64,000 bases of DNA from the NCBI GenBank assembly GCA_010093815.1, contig ML996584.1; one strand, 5' to 3'. The position numbers were made by a program, and so were the translations under genes. Under the pieces are notes generated by a model. That model saw nothing but the letters and a program-made list of their open reading frames with translations, searched no databases and was not told the DNA's origin. Below, in pieces: positions 48,094 through 61,689 of this stretch; within the stretch, counting starts at the first letter, position 1, and each line of letters begins with the position of its first letter. Origin of the DNA: Pseudovirgaria hyperparasitica (taxonomy: Eukaryota).

Positions 48094-49562
48094 TCAACTA
48101 CAAGTTTCCATTAGCTGTCCAAAGATGACAAAAAGCTTCTCAGCCTTTCGACGCAATGCGGCCCGGATTCTTTCGTCAGCGTCGCATCTCCTACCAAAAA
48201 AGTCCGGGTGGAAAAGATTCCTCTGCGTCTTCAACCACGCATAATCATAGCATCCCGAGGTCCGCAGAAAGGCTTCTACATCGTGCCGACAAACATGAAG
48301 ACCATCAGACTCTCTTCTCTCTGCGTAGCACGCAGCCAGCCCACAAATCGAAGCGTGACTCGGTAGATAAGGAAAGTCCTTGATACCTCCCTCTTGCAGG
48401 ATCGCTTTTAGATTGTTCTCCCATGCTGAGAAAGCCACCGCACGTACTGCTGGCGGAGCATGTGTGGCATTCGAAGTCGAGTGTCCAAGACATCGCGCAG
48501 GAAAGTAGCCTGTTTTGCCTGTTAAGGTCCTACCAAGATACCAAAGGTTTGAGCTCATTTGCAGAACTTCGATTGTCTCGCCCACGTGCAGGTCTAGCTC
48601 CCTTGGTTCCCGTTTCATGTGTCGTCTCTTGATGTAGTAATAGTGGCCAGACAAGCCCTCGCCAGGGTGAGAATTACCGGGATCTGCTTCCTGGTGGTCA
48701 TAAGACGCGAGCAATTTTTCAGCCTCCTTGATACCTTGAGAGATTCCCATAAACGATTTACCAACCTCAGTGCCACCTTTGGTTCGCGAAATTATGACAA
48801 ACTTGTCCTTGAGACAAGGTGACATGTACGCAGCCTACTCGGCGTTAGCATCTTTTCCTGACCGGCATGCTAGGATGTACATCTTGGACAACTCACAAGT
48901 ATAGTTTCGGCAGAGAAATCACCGAGTTCTGCCCAAAGGGAAACCCAAGTATCTTTCAGCAACGAGAAGGATTTTGGTATGTTCCAGACGGCTTCGCCAT
49001 CATTTGCGGCAAGATAAGCGTTGTCTGTACCCAATGCTATGAAAGCTGGCGGCCCTCGGGTCCAGCATATACCGTCGTACCACCTCGCTAGAACTGAGCT
49101 CAGGTTCTCTGGGATGTCTTTACCGTAAAGCAGAAGCGGGTTCGCACTGTTCCACATCACCCAGCTCTCGTGAACTGGGCCAAGGACGAGACGCAAATGC
49201 TTTTTCTCTTCGTCTGGAAAGGTTGGTAGCAGAGTTTCTCGCAGGAATGCAGGCAGATCACCGAATATGAATTCGCAACGCCCAGTTACAGAGCTGTCGT
49301 ATGAGAAGAAGAACGAGGCATGATTTGGGCCAAAACAGATCCAGTGTACTTGTGTCACCGTGCCAGAATCAAGAACTTCTTCTATATCTGCGGGGAGTAG
49401 ATTGCTAGGTGTGGTCAGATTATACCGTTAACAGTTGATCCAAAGGATTGTAACTCACAAATACCTAACTTCTTCTTCTGCTACGCGTGGTCTCGTCTCA
49501 TCGCAAACCTTTGAGTAGAAATAGCGGCCTCTGGGACCTAGGGCAAAGATTGGCGTTCCCAT
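48094..49562 (-). CDS. Uncharacterised protein: N-terminal beta/alpha repeats + SH3 domain + HPD-containing C-terminal helical domain
   Basis: Three exons join in frame through two GTGAGT..TAG introns with CTRAC branch sites (about 49458-49405 and 48894-48835). SH3 signature ELDLHVGETIEVL..WYLGR..GKTGYFP. Confidence 0.75.
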
Positions 49563-50320
49563 GGTAGTGCCTGAGCAAGTAAGTGCCTCAATTGAGAGCG
49601 TGGGAAAAGTCACAAGAAAATCTGATCGTAGCCACAACAACGACGGAGAACAGTTCGCGGCTCACGCGTCGCGAACGCGCAGGCACCATAGACGGTCACC
49701 TGCATCGAGGGAGGAGCTCGTGACATTGAGAGAACCTGAGACGAACAAAGCATTGTTTGATTGACTTTGTTCTAGGCCTGTTTCGCAGTGTTACAAGTGA
49801 ATCTCGCATTTCACAAGTGAAGTCGAACGAGCAGAGAGACCTTACGTCCGCTCCGCTCCACTCCGCCGCCGGACAGACAGCGGACGCTTGGCTTGCTATT
49901 ACTTCTACCTGAGCTCAGGTTATCCTACTTACCTATCAACCGACAATAAGGTAGTGTCAGATCGTTGGTCTTTCAAATCCCACTGACACTTTTGAGCGAT
50001 AACGCAGACGATTCATTTGCATCTGCACTAAAATTCAATTGAGACCAACACCGGCACGCGATTCTGGGTACTTTCCGCCACGACGATTTCAGAGCTGACT
50101 AGCTAGATTTGTTGGTAATAGTGGATTTTCCGCAGAATTTGTGACTGGACTCACCGGAGTACGGAGACGCGCCACAAAACTGGCATTACTGTTGAAGTAT
50201 TCTTTTCTCATTGATCCCGGAGCTCAGCAAGAGTCACTACAACATTTTCCGAGGCCAATCGGTTGCAAGCGTTCAACACGCGCAGCTTAACTACTTTGCG
50301 AAGATCAACCTATTATCATT

Positions 50321-53300
50321 ATGGCGCGGATGCCGATGAGCAGGCTTGCAGCTGGGTTCGGTCGCCGGTCTTGGAGGGGTAGCACCACCTCACATGTCAG
50401 GACTTTTCTGTGTCCCGCAAACGCTCGCACAACCTCAATTCCTTCGACTGCCCTCTTCTCTACATCTTCATGGTCGCGCACGTCTGTTGACCGATTCTTC
50501 GTGAACCCTCCGCTTCACAATACTCCTCTACGATCTTTTTCGCACGGCTTGCGCACAATGGCTGCAACCAAGATTGATGGCACCGCCATAGCAAAGAGCA
50601 TTAGAGAGCGCATCGGCGAAGATATCAAGACAAAGCAATCCCAAAACCCCCGCTTCAAGCCTGGCCTGACAATTATACAAGGTACAAGCATGCTGTCCGC
50701 CGGCCAACTCGTATCAATGACTAATATTGATTCCAGTGGGCGATCGCTCTGACTCAAGCACCTATGTGCGCATGAAATTGAAGGCTGCTGAGGAGGCAAA
50801 CATTAAATGCAAGCTTGACAAGTACGACATCACAATCTCCGAGGCAGAGCTTCTTCAGGAAATCGAAAGCCTCAACAACGATCCTAATGTTCACGGCATC
50901 CTCGTGCAGTTGCCATTGCCGGACCACATCAACGAACATGCCGTCACTTCCTCAGTACTGGATGAGAAAGATGTAGATGGTTTCGGCGTAACAAACATTG
51001 GCGAGCTTGCGAAGAAGGGCGGGCATCCGCTGTTCACACCCTGCACACCCAAGGGAGTGATGGTTCTCCTAAAAGAGGCAGGCGTGGACGTTGCTGGAAA
51101 GAATGCTGTCGTACTTGGACGCAGCGACATCGTCGGAAGTCCTGTCAGTTTCCTTTTGAGGAATGCCGATGCTACGGTCACCGTATGCCACTCGAAGACA
51201 AAAGACCTGGAAGCAGTAATTGAGCAGGCTGACATTCTTGTGGCTGCTATTGGGAAACCACAATTCGTAAAGGGCTCGTGGTTGAAGCCTGGTGCCGTAG
51301 TCATTGATGTCGGTACGAACTACATACCTGACGAGACCAAGAAGTCAGGACAGCGACTTGTTGGAGATGTAGATTTCGATTCTGCAGTCGATGTGGCCTC
51401 GCAGATCACCCCAGTTCCTGGTGGTGTTGGTCCCATGACGGTTGCAATGCTTCTCCAAAATGTTGTGGACTCAGCCACTGCTACTTTCGATCGTGAGAAA
51501 GCCCGCCATATCAACCCAATCCCGTTAAAACTGCAAACCCCGGTACCATCTGACATCGCTGTCTCTCGAGCACAACGACCCAACTTGGTGTCTCATATCG
51601 CTAAGGATCTCGGAATTCTGAACCACGAGCTGGAAGCATACGGCGCGTACAAGGCCAAAGTCGATCTCAGTGTGTTGAAACGGCTGGAACATCGCCGCAA
51701 TGGCCGTTATATTCTCGTAGCCGGAATTACTCCCACACCACTTGGAGAGGGCAAGTCGACAACAACCATTGGTCTCACTCAAGCGCTGTCAGCCCACTTG
51801 AACAGAATTTCGTTCGCGAACGTGAGACAGCCCAGTCAAGGGCCGACGTTTGGCATCAAGGGTGGTGCTGCCGGAGGTGGCTTCAGTCAGGTCATTCCAA
51901 TGGATGAGTTCAATCTTCATTTGACTGGCGACATACATGCCATCACTGCAGCCAACAATTTGCTAGCGGCGGCGATTGAGACTAGAATGTTCCATGAGAA
52001 CACTCAAAGCGACAAAGCTCTGTACAGCCGTCTAGTCCCAACAAAGAAGGGAAAGAGAGAGTTCGTCCCAGTCATGTTTCGCAGACTGAAGAAACTTGGC
52101 ATCGAGAAGACCGATCCGAACGAACTCACAGAAGAAGAGGTCAACAAATTCGCAAGACTAGATATTGACCCGGAAACCATTACCTGGAAGCGCGTTCTTG
52201 ACGTTAATGATAGGCACCTGCGCTCAATCACCATTGGCCAGGCACCTACGGAGAAAGGCAACACCAGACAGACAAGCTTCGACATATCAGTTGCGAGTGA
52301 ATGCATGGCCATTCTCGCTCTTAGCAATGATCTAAAGGACATGCGCGAGCGATTAGGCCGCATGGTAGTTGCTAGCTCAAAGAGAGGTGACCCAGTTACC
52401 TGTGACGATATTGGCGCTGGCGGAGCGTTGACCGCATTGATGAAGGATGCTATCAAGCCCAACCTCATGCAGACGCTTGAAGGCACCCCAGTATTTGTTC
52501 ACGCTGGGCCTTTCGCGAACATCAGTATCGGAGCATCATCGTCGATTGCTGATAAAATGGCTCTGAAACTTGCTGGAACTGAGCAAGACGAGGATCATAA
52601 TGCTCGTACTGGATTCGTCGTGACAGAAGCAGGCTTTGATTTTACCATGGGTGGTGAACGGTTCTTCAACATCAAGTGCCGCTCTTCCGGTCTGGTCCCA
52701 GACACTGTTGTTATTGTCGCAACAGTCCGCGCGCTCAAGGTACATGGAGGCGGCCCACCAATCAAACCAGGCGCCCAACTGGCTGAGGTCTACCGCACTG
52801 AAAATATCGAGACCTTAAGAGCCGGATGTATCAATCTGAAGAAACATATCTCCAACGCTCGTCAATTTGGGGTTCCAGTCGTCGTTGCTATCAATCGGTT
52901 CGAGACTGATACGGATGCCGAATTAGCCGTCATTAAGGAGGAATCTATAGCTGCCGGCGCCGTAGATGCTGTTCCAGCAAACCACTGGGCTGAGGGTGGC
53001 GCTGGTGCAGTCGATCTCGCCAAGGCTGTGATCAAATCCAGTGAACTGCCCAAGCCCGATTTCAAGCTCCTCTACGACCTGGACGGCACCGTGCAGGAGC
53101 GTATCGAGAAAATCGGCAAGGTCATGTACGGAGCGGCAGCGGTAGAATTCAGCGAATTGGCCCAGAAGAAGGTGGATACGTACGTGAAGCAAGGCCTAGG
53201 AAACCTCCCAATCTGCATTGCGAAGACACAATACTCATTGTCGCACGATCCTGACCTGAAAGGCGCCCCAGAAGGGTTCACGATCCCTATTCGGGATGTG

Positions 53301-53484
53301 AAGATGGCGGCTGGTGCAGGCTATCTGTGAGTTCTTACCTACGAAGTGTTAGATGTGGTACTAATAGATGAATAGATTTGCTCTAGCCGCTGATATTCAG
53401 ACCATTCCAGGTCTTCCGACAGCACCAGGATATCTCAACATTGATGTCGATACCGAAACCGGAGAGATTGATGGGATGTTCTAA
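50321..53484 (+). CDS. ADE3: Trifunctional C1-tetrahydrofolate synthase (MIS1/ADE3 type)
   Basis: Motifs [39 protein letters not shown] and HAGPFANI. Three exons ending GEIDGMF. An upstream Arg/Ser-rich presequence precedes a second ATG at 50558. Confidence 0.96.
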
Positions 53485-56400
53485 ATCCTCTGATTGTAAG
53501 CTGAAAGATAACTGTACATCGACAAAGCATTCAACTGCGGCGCATTTTTCGGAACAGGCGATGTAGGAGTATCTTTACTACTTGTTTGACATTATCATAG
53601 AGCATACTTGGGCGCAGTCTACTTAACGTGGGCAAAAAAGATACCAATTAGACAAGACAAGTCGTTTCAGAGATTTTGGTTCGAATGATGGATTCTTGGA
53701 ATTTTACATAGTTCTGTACAAACAGCTTGCTTTGTCGCTTGTGCAACATTAGTCATGTCTCGGGAGCATGAGATGAATTGGATTTCTCCGAAGTTCAGCA
53801 GCAGCTTCGCAGGCACGGAAGGTGCGTGCAGGGCAGCTTCGTTTGCCCTCTTCAACGACAATGACCACCCACATCCAACAAAACTCAAGCTTCGGGACAT
53901 TGACTATCGACAAATTGACCAGGCTTATCGAAGTTCATGTCAGCCACGTATAATATAATGATTTGGAAACACATTTCCACATGTCCGTTCGCTAAACTCC
54001 AGTAGGAAATTCGTATGGCGTGAGGAGCTGTCAACCTGACGAAGACAGGTCCACCGTAAGAAGGTGACGACAGGCTTAGAAAACGGGCGACGATATGTAT
54101 GTCACCCCCAGTAAATGCAATCTGGTATAAGACTCGCCGAAAACGCCCGGGCTATTGAACGCTGCAGAAAGAGCGAGGTCGCTACGACATCGCGAAACAA
54201 AGAGGCTACGATGTCCTTCGGAGCTTGTGGGACACCGGAACGGGTTGATTGACGAAGTAGCCAGTCGGAACAGCACCAGCTCGGTTCGCTAATCTTTCTT
54301 CGTATTCCCGAGACGCATTCTTGATGTCCTGAATCTGGGCCTGTGGAATCATGAGCGTCATGAGTAAGGCCTAGGATCTAAACGGTCTTTACCTGTGTCA
54401 AGGGAGGTCCAGAAGTGCAAACGAGAAAGCCATCTCTCCCCTTCCGAACAGTCAGTCGGAGTGCCCGACGCCGGCAATGCTCTCAACTCACCTGATATTG
54501 GTACGGACGGACGATGGCATCAGAACCACAGTAGTACCGGATTTCGCCTTGGATGACTGCCCTGGAGATGCCGTAGCCGGGGACGAAGTAACTCTGCTGG
54601 GCCATTGCGGTATTTAAGAGACGAAATTGCGTAAATTCAGGTCGTGTACTGACACAGGATCAAAGTTTGAGATCCTCAAGAGACGATCCTTGAGGAAGAT
54701 GTGGTAGGGAGCGAGCCGCTTCAATATCGCAATCGGTATCGATCTGAAGGGAGTGAAGAGCCAGGCTTCGGAATCAGTCTTATACAGCAGCACTGGAAGT
54801 GCTGCAATGGACCAACGAGGTTCATCCCTTCATCCAAACCGCTCCACGCTCAGGTATCAATGCCGAAGGATGGGTCCACTGCCAACCCAGCAGGGCGACG
54901 AAATGAGGCGCACGTCGGGCTGCTGCAGGTCATTAGGCGATGGGCCTGAGCGCATTGGGCGGCGATTGGGCTACAGTGCACACTCACTCCCCACTGCACC
55001 ACAACAAACCCCTAAAGGCCCAGCCTGCAGCATCCAGTCTCCAGTGTAGTGTCCAGCCTCCAGCCTAGCAGTGTGTAGTAGTAGGAGGAGGAGTAGTCGG
55101 AGTAGTAGTAGTACCTCGCGCCCTGCCATTTGCAAAACACCAGTCGGAAACAAGTCTCAGTAGTCCGGACGCCACCTGATTCGAGCATGATGTCTCTGCT
55201 ACTCCCTCCTCGTCTCTCGTGTTCGTCATGTTTGGCATGGTCGGCCTGCGTGACATTCGGAACCTTCCTGGTCCTCTCCCGTTGCCAACTCACTCCTGCA
55301 GCATTCACAAAGAGGCCGGTCGACACTATATTTCGCCACCATATCTCATCTTGCTATCATGAGATCACTGCTTCCGTCCATCGCTCTCACGCTTTGTCTC
55401 CGCGACACTGCTATGGCTGCATCTTTGCGTCCTGGCCCATCTCGCTCGAAAAAGAGGTGCGCGCGCTACCTGTCAAGACAGAAGGGGCGCTCTCGTCGCC
55501 GATCATTGTCGTCTCGGAGCAGCCGAGGGAGCGTTGGGCGATCATTGCTCTGACTACGCGACACCACTACACACTACACTACATCACCGCGCATCATCAA
55601 CAAGGAATGCCTCACTACTCACAACATCGCGCCCGCGACTGCGACTGCTCTAACATCATGGCCCAGCTCAGCACTCGAATCGGTCCTCACGCTCGAAACT
55701 TCTTGAGTTTTCTTGGCTCAAGCATGTACCTTTCCACTACCTGCCTGACAAGGTCGTCCACGATAACTTGGCCAATTCGAGGAGCATAGGGCATCAGTGC
55801 AGGCGCTGTACTTGTACCACAATCACAGTCCTATGCCGCGAGCTAAGGCCTCTCGGTCCTTATTTTAACGCTGACCACGAAACGCTATTGGCCGAGTACT
55901 GCTCAGAGATGGCAACACGGACCTTAGATTCTCGGCTACGTCATGCCATCCCAAACTTTACTCCTTCATAGGACTTCCAGACTCCGTATATAAACTCTGG
56001 CTTTGCCCGGGAACCAGGTTGTTGAAATGTCTTTAGCCACACGTCCCTCTCACCACGTATGAGGGATCAACACTCGCTTGTCAGGCATGTTACCAATCAC
56101 ACTTCCTCATATCGGCCATGAGGTCCGCTGAAGCAATGCACATCTACGAGCCTTCCCAGTCATCTTTGCGACACAACAAACTGTCTCCGCAAAGTATGTT
56201 GATCGCTCAAAACATCACTCAGATCACAGGTGGGAATTTCATCTAGTGAGCGGACCGGAACACTCGCCTGTCTTTGACCATGTGGCGTCTGGGCTTCGAG
56301 CGGACTCGCAAATTCTAGCCTGGGGTCAGCCGATCCTATGTTCCGTATATGAACGACTCGTTGCTGTTGTGTGATTGTCTCAGACGTGGCAGACTAGCCC

Positions 56401-59325
56401 GAGAGGTGACGACCTTCGACCATCTCACGATCTCGAAGACTAGCACAATCTCACGAAGATCTCATTGCCTTCCGAGGTAGTGTAGTGATACTTGCTTCGT
56501 TCCTTTTGGTGCAATTGAGGAGTATCATGGCTCTATTCTAGCGGTCAAGCTGATTGAGATGTGCGTTGTTAATTGCGGCAAGTACGTGCCACGGTGTCGG
56601 GGGGTTTGAACATGGGTTCAAAGACAGCATATCCCTGGGTAACTCGACTCGTGCTCTCAGCTCTGCCCAAAGCGCGGACCTTGCCCACTGACCGCTGCCC
56701 AAGCCTGGGGCAAGGGCCACGCGCGTAACGGAATGTCTAACCTTGAGATACTATGGCCTTGTCGTGTAAGCACCGTGATCCTAAAGGCCATAAGACTTAC
56801 ATCGAACGCCTACTTCTCTCTAATTCCATAGATCTGATGCGACCACCCAGTCTCACCGACGATTTGACGCAACATCCCTCTCAGGAAACCCTTGTCAATG
56901 GAATAATGCCGAGCTCCACCCTGAAGATGCTGCTCCAGATCTCATGCAAGCGATCGCTACCGGACAGGGACAACAAACATGATACATCCCTGAGCTTCAT
57001 TGTTGGGCTTGGCCTTACAAGGCAGCCTTCCTGTTCTAACGTGGGATGACGGCAATATGCGACTGCTCCCTTCCAAATCACTCAGTGACTTGCCTTATTT
57101 CGTTTTGATGATTGTCATATCCAGGTTGCCAGCAGAACAAGCACGTACCCGATCTACATCTGAGAATTGTTGTTGATCTCTGCAAATCTCGAACGGTAAG
57201 CTGTGTGTGTTGGCATCTCTAACAAACGACATCTACGGGGGCAACTCTTCCCACGTATCCCTCTCAGGAGATGCAGAAGCCAAGTGTGAGTACCATGGAC
57301 CCGAATACTTGATCATCGAACGTCGTCATGCATCGGGTGTTGGGTCACAAACCCAGCTCCAGTCCCAAGATATGCTATCGTCGTGTGAAAGGTTTAATCA
57401 ATCTACTTAGAACCCGAATCTCGACTATCGTGATATTGATGAACGTAGACGATAGCGACACAGTTCATTAGGGACTACGACCGCATAACAATACGTACCC
57501 ACATCCACTATGGCGGAGAATTTCGACCCCTTTGATCTGGGCTTCCTTGTCTTACCCGTAACACTTGGGTAGCAACTTTCCGGATTGAGAAAAATAGTCT
57601 CAACTTTGAATTCATAAGCGTCCAGGTGCGTCCAACATCAGGCTTCATCAGCTACAGATACTCTTATGGGTCAATATGAAATCCCTTCAGGGTCTGTCCC
57701 AGTCGATCACAGACACTCGATAATGTTCGGGCTTTCCGAAAGTGGCGCAAGAGTACGCGGATTCTTCTTGACACGAATATCTCCTATGATGACATGCGAA
57801 GGATCGTTGGGTGATTCATGCCTAATTGACCAAGCCATCCAACAGGAATGCAGAACCTGGCCTTGATCTGACCGCCTGAAGGCATCCATCTTATCGGCAT
57901 CCTACCTACACGATTATCGCATTTCGGGGTTTACAAGTACTGAATTAGGTACATGCCGACATACGATGCTCATCGAACGACATAAACAAAGCCATAAGAA
58001 CCGGACGTGCCACCCTTGCATCGAGCCTCACTTCAACAGACATGGAAGCTGTGTAGCAGCAATACTCCAGTTATATCATACGCCGAGAATTATGCCCATC
58101 ATGAGCTGCGTTAAAGGAGTTTTCGTCTATCACAGCACATCCTCTTTCGATCGAAGACGAGACTGCTTACGGAAAGTGCAAAAGCCGCTCACCGATATTG
58201 TGGCAGCAAGACATCTGCCTGACAAGCATGTAGCAATGACCCACCCGATGCTACAGCATCGATATACTGAAGTCAGGTAGGATCAAAGGCCCTGTACACA
58301 ATGAGCACGGTGCCTCATCCACAATCGCGGCGACACTCTATCAACCATTCCTACCTCCCACAATCATTGGCCGCCCTGCAAATAATCCACTCCATCATCT
58401 ACCAAATACACTCATACAAACCACCAAGACACAAATCCCACTCTTCCTTGATCTCCATTCCAAACTCCACATATCATACATATGACACCCCACTCCAAAG
58501 TCGCCCTGCATAGCCTTCTTGACACCCCGCCGATCGCCATACCAGCAGCAGATATAGCACCTCATAAACAGCATTCTAGACCTGCGAAGAAGAACCCGTA
58601 ACTTGACAATAAATAAAATAAGGGTCTTGACTTGCCGATCTGCAGATCCGTCGTTATCGCTCCCTTTAAATGTAGCTGTCATGGCTCGGTTCGTCCTGGT
58701 TGCCGGCTAGCCACGCCTCACTTGTAGAGATCGGCGGTCTTTGTGGGATGGGTTTCGGATGATCATTTTCTCTCGGCGGGCGATGGAGGAGCGTCACGAG
58801 GTAGGTGGTTTCTAATGGATGAGGGGCTGAGATGGGTTGTTCATTTATGGTTGCCTTTGTTAGGGCAATTGGTTGTCTAGCAGGCAGGGCTCGTGGAAGC
58901 GAATAAGGGTTGGACGATGTGTCAACAATTGGCGAAAAATCAGGATTTTTGGTGGAGGTCTGGATTGGATGGGATGATGAGGGAAGTAATGGTGGGTTTG
59001 CGCTTGTGGTCGTTCTGTTTTTGACTTGTTGTGTGGTGTTGAGAGCTGGACTTGAGTCGTGGAGGTCTCGTCGAACCCGACCAAAGAACACCACAAGTGT
59101 CTCCCTTTCCAACACCGACTATTCGGCGCCTCGAAATGGTTTGAACTGTGTATTCTGCTCCGTCCTACGAGAGACATTACTGTCTGGATCGGAAATGCAG
59201 CTTACACGATACGCGATTATTTTGAGCAGAAACTTGCCCGGCGCACTGCATTATCCTATCTTCTGAACACCTCCGCCTGATACAGCATTGCAAACAGACC
59301 TACCTCTCCAATGCATCGCTAAAAA

Positions 59326-60715
59326 CTACAGATCTTTCTGTCCCGGAATCACCCGCCTACACCACGAGCACCAACTCCTCCGCTCGCCAGCCTTCTCTCT
59401 CGCAAGCGGGGCTCTCTGCCCATCCCGCTCATCCTCAAATTCCTTGACCACCGCCCCAATTCGCTCCATAGTCTTCGTCTTCATCCGCATCCCGCCTCCG
59501 ACATTCTCAATCTCCTGCACAGTCCAGCTGCCGCCTCGCCACGAACGGCCTGTTCCGTCTCGCTCAACCTGAACGTTTTGTGCGAGTTGCGCGGCCAGCT
59601 CGGCGTCGGACGCGTCGCGCTCCTTTTCCAGCGTTCGCGCGGCGAGGCATGTTGACTCGCGCCCACATGCGACGCCCTGGTCGCCTTCGCCAACGCCCGT
59701 GCCGAGTCCCCCGAGATACTCGCTGTAGCGCGTGCGCCAGGTCCAGCCGCGATAGTATGTCGTGTCGTCTGAGCGCAGGCTGAGACCACAGGGCTGACAG
59801 AGCCAGAGGGCGTCGGCGCAGGAGCATGGCGTGCGCGCGAATGCTTCTACCGTGAAGGCTGGTGGTGTTTCGACGTTTGAGGACACCGGTGTGAGGGCCG
59901 GGAGGGGCTCGGGGGACGGAGTGCTGCGTTGCGAGGGCGTGCCGTGCGGGCTGGGAAGGGCTGGTAGTCTGTTCTGGAAGTGTAGGGCGAGAGGGGCTTT
60001 GGTGCATGGTGTACAGAGGCGGCGGTGACGACCGTGCATGGCGTTTGTGGGAGGAGGCTTGATGGTGCAGTTCTGTAGGGTAGTATCATCGTCAGCTTGT
60101 TGTTCCCCTGCCCAGATTGAACTGTCCCCATCAGCATGATCGTGGGCGTACGTACCCTGCAGACGATCTTGCCGCAGCGTCGACAGTCTCCGACCATGTC
60201 TCGCGCACATTGTCCGATCTTCCCGCTCGTGATACGGTGGCTGTACGACCCCAGACTCTGGCCTACCCAGGCACTATGCGATTCGCGAAAGCGATCGGCG
60301 AGAGACGCATTGACGGGCTGGTCTTCATTCGCGCAGCGAAGCGTCTGCGTGACCAACTGCCGTCGGTACTGCAGCAGATTGGCCCTGAACTGGCGACAGG
60401 TACGGGAGAGATCGTGGAGGGTGTTCAGGTCGATCTGACTTGCGAGCTGCGAGACAATTCTTTTGGATATATGCTATTGTCAGTTTCTGAAATACGACGC
60501 GCGAGGCGAAGGCAAAGTCGTAAGGCTCACGGATAGCAGCTCAGCGCGGCTGAGAAGCCATTTATGTTTGGGTTCGGTCGCGCATCGTCTTCTTCTTCTT
60601 TTTCAAGGTTGATCTCCTGAAGCGTGCCGCCACGCCGGTGTTCCCCGGGGTGAGGAGGAGGCTCGAGGAGGGAGGGGGTAGAGGGAGCCTCGTCGAGGTC
60701 AACTAACACCACCAT
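59326..60715 (-). CDS. Putative F-box protein with Cys-rich (zinc-finger-like) region
   Basis: Spliced exons give LSCYPIVSQLASQIDLNTLHDLSRTCRQFRANL (F-box-like), followed by CARDMVGDCRRCGKIVCRNC, RLCTPC, CSC..WLCQPC and WCSWCRRV. Confidence 0.7.
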
Positions 60716-61689
60716 GGTGCCGGAGCAGAGAAAGAGGACAACGTCTCATCGAAATGGATGTCGAAGTAGAGATCGATGGAGGATGTGGTAGTGGCGGCGC
60801 GTTAATACTAGGCAGAGGGGTTGATCGGATTTTGGTTACTGGGCTAAACTCGGATCTGATAAGATTCTCGGCCCCGATCCTCAATCTAACTTGTTATGGC
60901 ATAACTAGGCTGACCATAACAATAGATGCTCTTTCACATAGACGTAGACCACAATCAATCTCAACGTTTCGCCAGCCCATCTCAATTTTTGAAGCATATA
61001 ACTGAAGGCATGGCTCTTCTCTTGAAACCCCCACCCTCCACGACCTGTCATACTGTCTGCAATGCGCTTACTAACCAGGATTATAGCGGCGGGGTAGAGC
61101 TTGGCATCTCTGGGAGCCCTTCGAGGTCGCCAATATGTCTCAATACATTGCATCTAGCAGTCGAGCGAATAATCGGCAAAAGAGTGGGTGAAACCATCAC
61201 AGTACTGTAGGCCGTCACCATGCAACAATCCATGAGGCTCAAAAGCATACGATGCATCGTGGAACCCGTTGCTCGTTCCAGGAATTGGAAAATGCACTCT
61301 ATCAAACAAGTATTGGCCAGAGGGAGTGACATATATCACACCCCCCAGTGCTTGGAAAGGCGCTGCTCAAGTGATACGGTAACAAGGGCCCTGGCAATCT
61401 ACGCCACAACAAGTGTCTCCGCCGGCGCAGTAAACATGCTTATGAATTCGGTCCGGGCAGGTAAGGATAGCTGGAGTCCACCAAATTGTCTTCTAACACA
61501 CCATCACTGGATGCTGGACCCAATCATGGCCTTGCTGTTGAGGACTACATTTTGCAGCAAACATGCCAGTTCGTCAACGCGTTTGCCGCCTAGCGTTCTT
61601 ACATGTATACGAGAGGGATGGATGTGCTTATATATACCTATATCAAGGGCGTGCTGCGCACCTAGGAGTAATTTCTGTTCAGATACAAC

